Positions 1 through 11,899 of a DNA stretch of 64,000 nt are shown piece after piece (the first letter of the stretch is position 1; each line of letters opens with the position of its first letter). This DNA is from Octopus vulgaris (Eukaryota). The stretch covers positions 7,936,001 to 8,000,000 of the forward strand of contig CATOCA020000001.1 in assembly GCA_951406725.2 (NCBI GenBank). The letters are read 5' to 3'. Below the pieces are notes generated by a model. That model saw nothing but the letters and a program-made list of their open reading frames with translations. It made no database searches and was not told the DNA's origin. Position numbers and translations under genes: made by a program.

Positions 1-3000
1 CTCTTTCCCATTTTTACCCTTCTTTCTCCCTCTCGTTTTCTTTTTATCTTTCTTCCTCTTTCTCACTCTTTCATTTCTCTTTCTTCCTCTCTTTCTTTCT
101 TTTCTCGCTCTTTCACTTTTTTCTCCTTCCTTCTCCCTCTCTTTTTCTTTTTATCCTTGTTCCTCTCTCCCACTCTTTCATTTCTCTCTTTCTTCCCCTC
201 GTCTCTTTTTCTCTCTCTTTCCTTCCTCGCTCTCTCACTTTTTCTCCTCCCTTCTCCCTCTCGTTTTCTTCTTATCTTTCTTCCTCTTTCTCACTCTTTC
301 ATTTCTCTTTCTTCCTCTCGTTTCTTCCTCTCTTTCTTTCTTTTCTCGCTCTTTCACTTTTTTCTCCTTCTTTCTCCCTCTCGTTTTCTTTTTATCCTTG
401 TTCCTCTCTCCCACTCTTTCATTTCTCTCTTTCTTCCTCTCGTTTCTTTTTCTCTCTTTCTTTCCTTCCTCGATCTCTCACTTTTTTCTCCTCCCTTCTC
501 CCTCTCGTTTTCTTCTTATCTTTCTTTCTTCCTTTCTTTCTTCCTCTCTTTCTTTCCTTTCTCGCTCTTTCACTTTTTTCTCCTTCTTTCTCCCTCTCGT
601 TTTCTTTTTATGCTTCTTCCTCTCTCCCACTCTTTCATCTCTCTCTTTCTTCCTCTCGTTTCTTTTTCTCTCTCTCTTTCTTTTCTCACTCTCTCACTTT
701 TTCTCCTCCCTTCTCCCTCTCGTTTACTTTTTATCTTTCTTCCTCTCTCTCACTCTTTCATTTCTCTTTCTTCCTCGCGTTTCTTTCTCTCTTTCTTTCT
801 TTTCTCGCTCTTTCATTTTTTTCTCCTTCCTTCTCCCTCTCTTTTTCTTTTTATCCTTGTTCCTCTCTCTCACTCTTCCATTTCTTTCTTTCTTCCTCTC
901 GTTTCTTTTTCTCTCTCTTTCCTTTCTCGCTCTCTCACTTTTCTCCTCCCTTCTCCCTCTCGTTTTCTTTTTATCTTTCTTCCTCTCTCTCACTCTTTCA
1001 TTTCTCTTTCTTCCTCTCGGTTCTTCCTCTCTTTCTTTCTTTTCTCGCTCTTTCACTTTTTTCTCCTTCCTTCTCCCTCTCTTTTTCTTTTTATCCTTTT
1101 TACTCTCTCTCACTCTTTCATTTCTCTCTTTCTTCCTCTCGTTTCTTTTTCTCTCTCTTTCCTTTCTCGCTCTCTCACTTTTTTCTCCTTCCTTCTCCCT
1201 CTCGTTTTCTTTTTATCTTTCTTCCTCTCTCTCACTCTTTCATTTCTCTCTCTTCCTCTCTTTCTTTCTTTTCTCGCTCTTTCACTTTTTACTCCTTCCT
1301 TCTCCCTCTCGTTTTCTTTTTATCTTTCTTCCTCTCTCTCACTCTTTCATTTCTCTTTCTCTCCTCTCTTTCTTTCTTTTCTCGCTCTTTCACTTTTTTC
1401 TCCTTCTTTCTCCCTCTCGTTTTCTTTTTATCCTTGTTCCTCTCTCTCACTCTTTCATTTCTCTCTTTCTTCCCTCGTTTCTTTTTCTCTCTCTTTCCTT
1501 CCTCGCTCTCTCACTTTTTTCTCCTCCCTTCTCCCTCTCGTTTTCTTCTTATCTTTCTTCCTCTTTCTCACTCTTTCATTTCTCTTTCTTCCTCTCGTTT
1601 CTTCCTCTCTTTCTTTCTTTTCTCGCTCTTTCACTTTTTTCTCCTTCCTTTCTCTCTCGTTTTCTTTTTATTCTTGTTCCTCTCTCTCACTCTTTCATTT
1701 CTCTCTTTCTTCCTCTCGTTTCTTTTTCTCTCTTTCTTTCCTTTCTCGCTCTCTCACTTTTTTCTCCTCCCTTCTCCCTCTCGTTTTCTTTTTATCTTTC
1801 TTCCTCTCTCTCACTCTTTCATTTCTCTTTCTTCCTCTCTCTCTTTCTCTCTTTCTTTCTTTCTCGCTCTTTCACTTTTTTCTCCTTCTTTCTCCCTCTC
1901 GTTTTCTTTTTATCCTTCTTTCTCTCTCACTCTTTCATTTCTCTCTTTCTTCCTCTCTCTCTCTCTTTCCTTTCTCGCTCTCTCACTTTTTCTCCTCCCT
2001 TCTCCCTCTCGTTTTCTTTTTATCTTTCTTCCTCTCTCTCACTCTTTCATTTCTCTTTCTTCCTCGCGTTTCTTTCTCTCTTTCTTTCTTTTCTCGCTCT
2101 TTCATTTTTTTCTCCTTCCTTCTTCCTCTTGTTTCTTTTTCTCTCTCTTTCCTTTCTCGCTCTCTCACTTTTTCTCCTCCCTTCTCCCTCTCGTTTTCTT
2201 TTTATCTTTCTTCCTCTCTCTCACTCTTTCATTTCTCTTTCTTCCTCTCGTTTCTTCCTCTCTTTCTTTCTTTTCTCGCTCTTTCACTTTTTTCTCCTTC
2301 CTTCTCCCTCTCTTTTTCTTTTTATCCTTTTTCCTCTCTCTCACTCTTTCATTTCTCTCTTTCTTCCTCTCGTTTCTTTTTCTCTCTCTTTCCTTTCTCG
2401 CTCTCTCACTTTTTTCTCCTTCCTTCTCCCTCTCGTTTTCTTTTTATCTTTCTTCCTCTCTCTCACTCTTTCATTTCTCTCTCTTCCTCTCTTTCTTTCT
2501 TTTCTCGCTCTTTCACTTTTTTCTCCTTCTTTCTCCCTCTCGTTTTCTTTTTATCTCTCTTCCTCTCTCTCACTCTTTCATTTCTCTTTCTTCCTCTCGT
2601 TTCTTTTTCTCTCTCTCTTTCTTTTCTCGCTCTCTCACTTTTTCTCCTTCTTTCTCCCTCTCGTTTTCTTTTTATCCTTTTTCCTCTCTCTCACTCTTTC
2701 ATTTCTCTCTTTCTTCCTCGTTTCTTTCTCTCTCTCTTTCTTTTCTCGCTCTCTCACTTTTTTCTCCTCCCTTCTCCCTCTCGTTTTCTTTTTATCTTTC
2801 TTCCTCTCTCTCACTCTTTCATTTCTCTCTTTCTTCCTCTCGTTTCTTTTTCTCTCTTTCTTTCTTTTCTCGCTCTTTCACTTTTTTCTCCTTCCTTCTC
2901 CCTCTCGCTTTCTTTTTATTATTCTTCCTCTCTCTCACTCTTTCATTTCTCTCTTTCTTCCTCTCGTTTCTTTTTCTCTCTCTTTCCTTTCTCGCTCTCT

Positions 3001-4660
3001 CACTTTTTTCTCTTCTCCCTCTCGCTCTCTCACTCTTTCATTTCTCTCTTTCTTTCTCTCGTTTCTTTTTCTCTCTCTCTTTCTTTTCTCGCTCTCTCGC
3101 TTTTTTCTCCTTCTTTCTCCTCGCGTTTTCTTTTTATCCTTTTTCCTCTCTCTCACTCTTTCATCTCTCTCTTTCTTCCTCTCGTTTCTTTTTCTCTCTC
3201 TTTCCTTTCTCGCTCTCTCACTTTTTTCTCCTCCCTTCTCCCTCTCGTTTTCTTTTTATCTTTCTTCCTCTCTCTCACTCTTTCATTTCTCTTTCTTCCT
3301 CACGTTTCTTTCTCTCTTTCTTTCTTTTCTCGCTCTTTCACTTTTTTACCCTTCTTTCTCCCTCTCGTTTTCTTCTTATCTTTCTTCCTCTTTCTCACTC
3401 TTTCATTTCTCTTTCTTCCTCTCGTTTCTTCCTCTCTTCTCTTTCTTTTCTCGCTCTTTCACTTTTTTCTCCTTCCTTCTCCCTCTCTTATTCTTTTTAT
3501 CCTTGTTCCTCTCTCCCACTCTTTCATTTCTCTCTTTCTTCCCCTCGTTTCTTTTTCTCTCTCTTTCCTTCCTCGCTCTCTCACTTTTTTCTCCTCCCTT
3601 CTCCCTCTCGTTTTCTTCTTATCTTTCTTCCTCTTTCTCACTCTTTCATTTCTCTTTCTTCCTTTCGTTTCTTCCTCTCTTTCTTTCCTTTCTCGCTCTT
3701 TCACTTTTTTCTCCTTCTTTCTCCCTCTCGTTTTCTTTTATGCTTCTTCCTCTCTCTCCACTCTTTCATCTCTCTCTTTCTTCCTCTCGTTTCTTTTTCT
3801 CTCTCTCTTTCTTTTCTCACTCTCTCACTTTTTCTCCTCCCTTCTCCCTCTCGTTTTCTTTTTATCTTTCTTCCTCTCTCTCACTCTTTCATTTCTCTTT
3901 CTTCCTCTCGTTTCTTTCTCTCTTTCTTTCTTTTCTCGCTCTTTCATTTTTTTCTCCTTCCTTCTCCCTCTCTTTTTCTTTTTATCCTTGTTCCTCTCTC
4001 TCACTCTTTCATTTCTCTCTTTCTTCCTCTCGTTTCTTTTTCTCTCTCTTTTCTTTCTCGCTCTCTCACTTTTTTCTCCACCCTTCTCCCTCTCGCTTTC
4101 TTTTTATTATTCTTCCTCTCTCTCACTCTTTCATTTCTCTCTTTCTTTTCTCGCTCTCTCGCTTTTTTCTCCCTCTCGTTTTCTTTTTATCCTTGTTCCT
4201 CTCTCTCACTCTTTCATTTTCTCTCTTTCTTCCTCTCGTTTCTTTTTTCTCTCTCTTTCTCTTCTCGCTCTCTCACTTTTTTACCCTTCTTTCTCCCTCT
4301 CGTTTTCTTTTTATCCTTCTTCCTCTCTCTCACTCTTTCATTTCTCTCTTTCTTTCTCTCGTTTCTTTTTCTCTCTCTCTCTTTCTTTTCTCATTCTCTC
4401 ACTTTTCTCTCCTACTTTCTCCCTCATTTTCTTTTTATCCTTCTTCCTCTCTCTCACTATTTCATTTCTCTCTCTTTCTTTTCTCTCTCCTTTTCTTTTT
4501 TCAATCTCTTTCTCTTAATCTTTTCTCTCCTTTTTCACTCTCTCTTTCTCTGTTTCGTTTCTCTTTTTGTCTTCTCTATAATTCTCTCTCAATTTTCCTT
4601 TTCTTTCTTCTATTTTTCTATTCTTCTCTTCTTTTTCTCTTTCCTTTTCTTTCTCTCTTC
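1..4660. repeat. Pyrimidine-rich (CT/CTT) tandem satellite, ~120-bp monomer with local 240-bp dimer organisation
   Basis: The motif ...CTCGTTTTCTTTTTATC...CTCTCACTCTTTCATTTCTCT... recurs about every 110-125 bp. Lines 721/961 and 841/1081 are near identical at a 240-bp offset. The array degenerates after ~4300 and probably extends left of the window. Confidence 0.9.
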
Positions 4661-4664
4661 TTCT

Positions 4665-4860
4665 TGTTTCAGTCATGAGACTACGGCCATGCTGGGGCTC
4701 CTCCTCGATTTTGTCTTTTATGAGTGGTACCTTTTCTGTCTAATTAGCACCAACCTATAGATCTCTTTTGCTTCAGGCCAAAGTAACAGGGATGCTAATA
4801 CACCGACACCGATTATCAATTAGCAGTTAGGGACACACACTTGCATAGATACACATGCAT
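4665..4860 (-). mobile_element. Diverged 3' half of tRNA/CORE-type SINE (family A)
   Basis: TTTCAGTCATGAGACTACGGCCATGCTGGGGC is the reverse complement of the family-A tail GCTCCAGCATGGCCGCAGTCAAATGACTGAAA seen at ~7750. Confidence 0.6.
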
Positions 4861-4949
4861 ACACATACACACACAAACACAAACACACACACACATATAT
4901 ATACGAGTTAATAACACCTGTAAGGATGTGTTTTATCTATTCACCAAAG

Positions 4950-5980
4950 TGAATGGAGCCTGCAGAAAGCTCTTATATCTGTCACACTTCCGTTCATGGG
5001 CCTCGTTACAACCCGCTCCCCACGTGACTGTTCATTCAATTATGATAATTTTCTGAGCCTTTTCAGGCCACAGGACCACATCAGGCCTCAGGGTTGTATG
5101 GATATCCTGGGGAAACTGCAATCTCTTCCCTAAGTCTACCTTCATATCCCATTGTTGAGACCCTTGCAGCAAGATGTGTATTGCTTTTGCTAGCTTTACT
5201 GCTTTCTCTCCCTCTTCCACGAACTTAATTGCGGCAGTTATATTCCCTTGGTGATGATGATTCTTACACTTTTACTGCTCCAGGGTGTGAGCAAGTATTT
5301 GTATCTGCCTTGAGAAAGTGTTATTCAGTACCCTGCCAAGATGTGTGCCAGAGAACCCCTTTCCTACAAAGTCTACACAGCTGGTCTTCCCTCAAACATT
5401 ATCTGTGTAGGTTTGTTGGCATCGGGAGTGTGTCATACACCGCTCCATGCAGGAAGGAGATGTACAAAGGTTCCAGCCTCCATAGGTCAGTCCATGAGAG
5501 CTTCCTCTTAGGGAGATCCTATTTAGTTCATGCACTCAGAGATACCAACTCCACAGCTATTGATTTCCTTGTATCTTCCTCCTGGTACCACAATGCTTTC
5601 TGAGTCATAACCCACCTCTCCCTGGTGTCTGCCTTCTTCCGTTGTTGGAAATAGAAAGAGCCAAGTCCCTGGCGACCCCAACATGTAGCTCCAATTATGA
5701 CGCGTAGCTCCAGCATGCGTTCAACCTGAGCGACAGCGGTGCTAGTTACCCACACCTTGTGTTAATACCTGCATGTCTGACAAGCTCGTCCTTAGAGTCT
5801 CTCTACATCATTACAATATTACATTTTGCTACTTTAAATTCCTCCACTACAGATGACAGGGCAAATTGTAACTGTCCCGATCTTATGTACAGGCCTATTC
5901 AATGAAGCCATTTTTCGGGGGAAGGGGGTATTTATTTACCTTTCTCGCAACCCTGGTGGGTGACTACTTACCACAACACC
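4950..5980 (-). pseudogene. Degenerate HERO-like (R2/NeSL group) non-LTR retrotransposon C-terminus: zinc knuckle + restriction-like endonuclease
   Basis: Minus-strand translation across stops and frameshifts gives GLYIRSGQLQFALSSVVEEFKVAKC, then AVYDTLPMPTNLH..CRLC...AHILAG (CCHC knuckle), then QFPQDIHTTLRPDVVLW...IIIIE*TVTWGAGCNEAHERK (RPD..E..ERK RLE motif). Confidence 0.85.
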
Positions 5981-6959
5981 ACCTCACAATAAGTAAATAT
6001 TTGATGCATCACCACTTCGCTTTTTTTACTTATTTAACCTTTAATTCTGCCAAACTCACTTGGAGTGCCATATATACATAAACTAATATAACATGTTCCC
6101 ACGGCCCCCACACATTGGTGGTAGTGACCACTATGAGAAGCCCTGCTCTATATTCCTGCAGACACTATCCCATCTATTGACTGACATCCTGTCATTCTAA
6201 CTTCCAATATTTCAATAGTAAATTAAACTTCATTAAAAAATTCACCTTTGTCCCTTTAGGTGTCTTTCTGGATTCAATGAACACCAGTACAGTTTTATAA
6301 AGTGGGGTTTGATTCCTATGTGACACACCAGTGTTTTCATATGTGTATAAAATTCAATAAAAAATGGTGTAGCACTTGACACCAGTCAAACCTTCAACTT
6401 TGTATGGCAAGAGGAATTCTTTAAAAAGTCACCATCCATTTATCGGCTCCATCTGTCTCTCATCTCTTGGACTGAATACTTCCCGCCAGAACACCCCATT
6501 GCAGTGTGTGATGGATTTCTTTCTCACTCACATTCCATCAATTCTGTCATGTCTCAATGTTTGGTTAAATATTTATAAAAATGTCGATGATGAGGATTAG
6601 AGAAAAGAGGTGAAGAAAGAAATGAAATATCATGGACAAATATATGTGGCTACTTTTCATATTGTATATAAAACATTTCATATTGTGTATAAAATAATAA
6701 ACAGTCAAATTTGAGAAGGCAATAAACAGAACAACTTACTATTGTTGGATTCGTTCTTATCATATTTTTAACTCCTTCAATGTCACCATTCTCAATTTTC
6801 TGTCTGAAATCCGCCATGTCTTTTGAATAAAATCAGTCAAAAAAGAAAGAAAGCAAATCAGTTTTTAAAAACCTATAAAATAAATTAAACAACAATAAAC
6901 AGAAGTTGATGGTTCTAAAATCTTGCAAAAGATAACATTGATATTGTAAACTTCAGTTT

Positions 6960-7335
6960 ATCTAAAGTATTATTCATAGCTGAATGTTCTTCATGACACT
7001 AATAAACCTAACAACAGTCATCGTGTTGTGTCTCTAGGTTAGCTACATTCCTCTGCTTACATCTTGAGCTATAAATCTGTGGATCATACCCCAGCTAGGG
7101 TGGGGGCTCTTTATATGAAAAATAAATTGATTCTCTAAAGAAAGGTAGAATTATGAAAACTAGTAAAAGAATCAATGACACAGAGTTTGTACAATAAAAC
7201 CTCCTGTATTGATCTTTGATTTGATCTCATCTACTTTGCGAATATTTCGACAGACACTATCAACAAGTGCTTACTTTATAAATTTTTGCAAATATCTTTA
7301 TGACTATTTCATAATTATTTTAATAAATTTCCATT
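6960..7335. mobile_element. Unclassified (TA)n-abutting interspersed repeat; inverted copy at 43920-44290
   Basis: CTCTAGGTTAGCTACATTCCTCTGCTTACATCTTGAGCT...CCCCAGCTAGGGTGGGGGCTC matches 44140-44225 in reverse complement, and both copies end at a TA run. Confidence 0.75.
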
Positions 7336-7344
7336 ATGTGTATG

Positions 7345-7391
<47 letters not shown>

Positions 7392-7393
7392 GC

Positions 7394-7801
7394 AGGCGCA
7401 GGAGTGGCTGTGTGGTAAGTAGCTTGTTTACCAACCACATGGTTCCGGGTTCAGTCCCACTGCGCGGCATCTTGGGCAAGTGTCTTCTACTATTGTCTCG
7501 GACCGACCAAAGCATTTTGAGTGGATTTGGTAGACGGAAACTGAAAGAAGCCTGTCGTATATATGTATATATATGTGTGTATGTGTGTGTGTGTTTGTGT
7601 GTCTGTGTTTGTCCCTTTAGCATTGCTTGACAACCGATGCTGGTGTGTTTATGTCCCCGTTACTTAGCGGTTCGGCAAAAGAGACCGATAGAATAAGTAC
7701 TGGGCTTACAAAGAATAAGTCCCGGGGTCGATTTGATCGACTAAAGGCGGTGCTCCAGCATGGCCGCAGTCAAATGACTGAAACAAATAAAATAGTAAAG
7801 A

Positions 7802-7803
<2 letters not shown>
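7394..7803 (+). mobile_element. tRNA-derived CORE-like SINE (family A), full length
   Basis: A-box-like TGGCTGTGTGG, B-box-like GGTTCAGTCCC, CORE-like TTGGGCAAGTG, internal (TA/TG)n, and 3' tail GGCGGTGCTCCAGCATGGCCGCAGTCAAATGACTGAAAC. More than 15 copies or fragments occur in the window. Confidence 0.85.
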
Positions 7804-7838
<35 letters not shown>

Positions 7839-7985
7839 AAAAGCAATAAAGATTCAAGTTAATTTAAATGAATTTACTTGAATATGGTACCTAACTTAGA
7901 TGCACCAAAAAAAACTATACTGTTTTAACAATACAGTAATGTGGGGTGATTATAAGCGAGAATGAAGCAACAAGAATGGATAGGT

Positions 7986-8076
7986 TTTTAGTACAATCGT
8001 TTCATACAAGGACAGGTTTTATTAAAAGTTGCAAAAATTACAGCATATAAACGTGTCCCGTACTCATCAGCTAAAA
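7986..8076 (-). ncRNA. Type I minimal hammerhead ribozyme with long stem II, apparently intact
   Basis: The minus strand reads UUUUAG-CUGAUGA-GUACGGGACA...UGUCCUUGUAU-GAAAC-GAUU-GUA/CUAAAA. This gives a 6-bp stem I, complete core, extended stem II, short stem III and a GUA cleavage triplet. Confidence 0.75.
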
Positions 8077-8759
8077 TACATGTGAGTTCTCTAGACATCC
8101 TAGTGGTTGAGGCTATACTCATGAAGTAATGTAGATAATTAAGTAACATAAACAGATTTCAAAAGTTCATTAAAGTTCTTTAAAGATGATGTACAGTCTT
8201 ATCACAGAATTTTAAAAAAGTCTTAATAGCATCACAGAGAAGGTGACCTAATCCATAGTGCACATATGAATTTCCAGAGATATGATGAGGGATTACATAC
8301 TCACAGAAGACAAATTTATCCATTGTTAATTACAACGAGGTGGGTTTCAATTCCTGCTTATTAGCATTACAGAGAGGGTGAATTAATCCTTTGTATAGAT
8401 GCACATTTCCTACACCAATGGTGTAGGAAAATTGTGCATCTATACAAAGGATTAATTCACCCTCTCTGTAATGCTAATAAGCAGGAATTGAAACCCACCT
8501 CGTTGTATTAACAATGGATAAATTTGTCTTCTGTGAGTATGTAATCCCTCATCATATCTCTGGAAATTCATATGTGCACTATGGATTAGGTCACCTTCTC
8601 TGTGATGCTATTAAAGACTTTTTAAAATTCTGTGATAAACTGTACATCATCTTTAAAGAACTTTAATGAACTTTTGAAATCTGTTTATGTTACTTAATTA
8701 TCTACATTACTTCATGAGTATAGCCTCAACCACTAGGATGTCTAGAGAACTCACATGTA

Positions 8760-8848
8760 TTTTAGCTGATGGTACAGGACACGTTTATATACTGTAATTT
8801 TGCAACTTTTAATAAAACCTGTCCTTGGATGAAACGATTGTACTAAAA
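8760..8848 (+). ncRNA. Hammerhead ribozyme copy in right palindrome arm, core damaged
   Basis: UUUUAG-CUGAUG(-)GUACAGGAC...GUCCUUGGAU-GAAAC-GAUU-GUA/CUAAAA. It lacks the last A of CUGAUGA and has a mismatch near the base of stem II. Confidence 0.6.
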
Positions 8849-9162
8849 ACCTATCCATTCTTGTTGCTTCATTCTCGCGTATATATATATATATACACAG
8901 GTACCTATGTAGGCATAAATGCATATATATGCAGGCACATACATCTATATTTATATGAATATATATACAAATGCTGACAAGTGTGTGTGTGTACAGATTT
9001 GATAATGATGATGATGTTGATGATGATGATGATAGTCGTTTAATGGCTTAGATTAACAATCGACCTTTTGTTTGGCAAAACAAATTTTGTCAAGTCAGGT
9101 TTAAAGTCAGCAGGTGATAAACACTATTCAACAATTACAAAATAAGTGACACACCCAACCAT

Positions 9163-9218
<56 letters not shown>

Positions 9219-9494
9219 ACCATTACACACACACACACACACACATCCAGCTAATACCTTGTTACTAATGTTTAGAGCCCTGCCCAGGAGCTTCACATTC
9301 CGCGTTCGAATTCCACCAATGTCAACTTTGACTTTTATGCTTTTAGGGTCGATTAAATAAGGACCAGTTGAATATGGAGGTCGATATAAAAGGAAAGAAA
9401 ATCTCATAGAAGTTGCTTCTATGTTTCTTATCAAATGTCCGTGCTGTAATTGTTTTCAGAACCTTCTTAACAAGCTGCAAACATTTATATATAT

Positions 9495-9653
9495 ATATTA
9501 TATTAAATTAGAGATAAAACCACTATTAGGCAAATCTAACAGTGAAAAACATAAGCCAATGCATAAAATTGATTTAAAAATATAAAAGTTATAATTTAAA
9601 AAATTATTTAAATAATTTAAACTTATAAATTTTAAATATATATATACAAATAC

Positions 9654-9687
<34 letters not shown>

Positions 9688-10158
9688 ATGTATGTATATT
9701 TTTATATTTATATATTATTTTATTCATTAATTAATTTTTTTTTTCTTATTATATAAGTATCAAAATTATTAAAAGTTGTAATACTTTTGATATTTATATG
9801 ATAATAAAATAAATTAATAAATAAATAATTAAATAAATTAATTAATTAATAAATTATTAAATAAAATAATATATAAATATAAAAGATACATACATACACA
9901 CATTTATATATATATATATATTTGTATATATATATTTAAAATTTATAAGTATAAATTATGTAAATAATTTTTAAAGTTTAACTTTTATATTTTTAAATTA
10001 ATTTTATGTATTGGCTTATGTTTTTCACTGTTTGATTTGTCTAATAGTGGTTTTATCTCTAATTTAATATGATACAATATAATATATTTATACTATAAAA
10101 TTGGATTTAATCCTGAATATAATTTTTCCCAGTAACTTTGGATTTATTCCCTAATATT

Positions 10159-10165
<7 letters not shown>
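9495..10165. mobile_element. AT-rich fold-back element (copies at ~27025-27690, ~37715-38380; relative at ~63050-63450)
   Basis: ATATTAAATTAGAGATAAAACCACTATTAGGCAAATCTAACAGTGAAAAACATAAGCCAAT is inverted relative to ATTGGCTTATGTTTTTCACTGTTTGATTTGTCTAATAGTGGTTTTATCTCTAATTTAATAT. The element is flanked by (TA)n. Confidence 0.75.
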
Positions 10166-10190
<25 letters not shown>

Positions 10191-10898
10191 GACGGGCTTC
10201 TTTCAGTTTCCGTTCACCAAATTCACTCACAAGAGTTTGATGGCCCAAGGCAACAGTAAACACACTTGCCTAAATAGCCTCACACGCACTTTCTCTCCTT
10301 CTCTCCTTCTCTCACTCTCTCTCTCTCTCTCTCTCTCTCCCCTGGTGTGTTTATGTCCGCGTAACTTAGCTGTTCGGCAAAACAGATCGATAGGATAAGT
10401 ACTCGGCTTACAAAGGATATGTCCCCGGATTGATTTGTTTGACTTGTGAGACTTGAGAGACGTATGTGGGTGTATATAGAGTTGTTTACAGTGATAGAAG
10501 TATAATTTTTTTTTTTTATAAAAGCGACTTCAGTTGTTAATGTTAAGTCAAGTGTAACAACACTCTTCGCTTATTGTGGCATAAGTCACACAAACACCTT
10601 TTCTTCGATTCGCACACACACAGGCACACCTGTTTCATACTAACAATTACTACTAGAGACACACTCAATGACTTGTTAGTAATATTTATAACTATTCCTT
10701 GGTAATTTACATTCTGGGTTCGAATCCCGTCACCTTTTATCATTTGAGGGTCGATACAATTCTCTCAAGATTAACTTTGGCGTCGATATAATTAATTAGC
10801 AAAAGTTAAAACCTTATAATTGTAGTAAGCAGAATTATTTGTAGCTCGAGGTGCAACTTGTAGATGATTATTCTATTTATATAAGGACGTAGGGTGTA

Positions 10899-11460
10899 GG
10901 CGCGTGGCTTAGTGGTTAGGGTGTCAGCATCATGATCGCATGATTGTGGTTTCGATTCCTGGACGGGGCGACGCGTTGGGTTCTTGAGCAAAACACTTCA
11001 TTTCACGTTGCTCCAGTCCACTCAGCTGGCAAAAATGAGTAACGCTGCGATGGACTGGCGACCCCTCCAGCTGGGGATCACATACGCCATTGAAACCGGG
11101 AAACCGGGCCCATGAGCCTGTCTAGGCTTTAAAAGGGCGAATTTATTTTGTGAGGGCGCAATGGCTGTGTGGTTAGGGGAGCGGACTCGCGGTCGGAGGA
11201 TGGCGGTTTCGATTCCCAGACCGTGTGTTGTGTGTGTTTATTGAGCGAAAACACCTAATGCTCCACGAGGCTCAGGCAGGGTGTGGTGGCGAAGCCCTGT
11301 TCTACTCTTTCGTCCCAACTTTCTCTCATACTTTCTTCCTGTTTCTTTGGTAACGCTGTGATGGACTGGCGTCCCGTCCGGCTGGGGAACACATATGCCA
11401 CATAAACCGGGAAACCGGGCCCATGAGCGCTGACTAGGCTTGAAAAGGGCGCATAAAAAG
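10899..11460 (+). mobile_element. Two adjacent tRNA-derived SINEs (family B, Meta/CORE-like domain); paralog at ~39115-39672
   Basis: Heads GGCGCGTGGCTTAGTGGTTAGGG...GGTTTCGATTCC and GGCGCAATGGCTGTGTGGTTAGGG...GGTTTCGATTCCC. The body contains TTCTTGAGCAAAACACT, and both share the tail AAACCGGGAAACCGGGCCCATGAGC...AAAAGGGCG. Confidence 0.75.
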
Positions 11461-11899
11461 ATACGGACAGAGAATGGCACAGAGAGAACGAGTGTGAGTG
11501 AAAGAGAGGGAGAGTTTGAGTGAGGGAAAAACAATCTCATAAACCCCACTCCCAAGGAAGAGAAACTATGAGTTACTTCTACACATCCTCTTGGAGATTA
11601 TGTGAAGTTAATTTCACATGTGCCCCCGTCCAACTCCCGCATCTGGAGCCCACTTCTCTCTTGACTTCCATACCTCTGTATCTATTCTTGGCCTTTACTT
11701 TTCACGGGTTGCACCCTATAGTATTTCTGTTTTACTTCCATCAAATCAGTTATGGTCATTTCCACCATGGTAACAAGCTCCTATCTTCTTCCTTACTAAT
11801 TCTTCAGATCCTTTCAACCAAAACAGCTTCGTCATCAACATTTATTCTTGTTAGATAGTAACATTATCTTTAATAATATTTATATATCTTGTATATATA

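Larger units (their letters stand above)
7951..8883. mobile_element. ~930-bp fold-back palindrome (two ~465-bp arms, centre ~8418) with a hammerhead motif in each arm; probable inverted Penelope-type pseudo-LTR
   Basis: GCGAGAATGAAGCAACAAGAATGGATAGG at 7956 pairs with CCTATCCATTCTTGTTGCTTCATTCTCGC ending at 8878. The centre reads CCTACACCA-A-TGGTGTAGG and the arms are complementary throughout with few mismatches. Confidence 0.9.

Noticed and set aside
157-4760. Three overlapping ORFs of 1100-1450 aa (F/L/S-rich)
   Set aside because: They are open in all three frames only because the strand lacks purines needed for stop codons; this is a satellite artefact with no domain content.
6000-6900. 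Complex sequence that could be a host exon or transposase relic
   Set aside because: The frames checked contained stops and no recognisable motif; a BLASTx search would be needed.
10899-11225. tRNA-like sequences with A and B boxes
   Set aside because: They continue into SINE bodies and tails and lack a closed acceptor stem, so they are SINE heads and not tRNA genes.
11520-11858. 112-aa ORF also open in the paralog (39736-40065)
   Set aside because: It is shared simply because the duplication is recent, and it has no domain or splice evidence.
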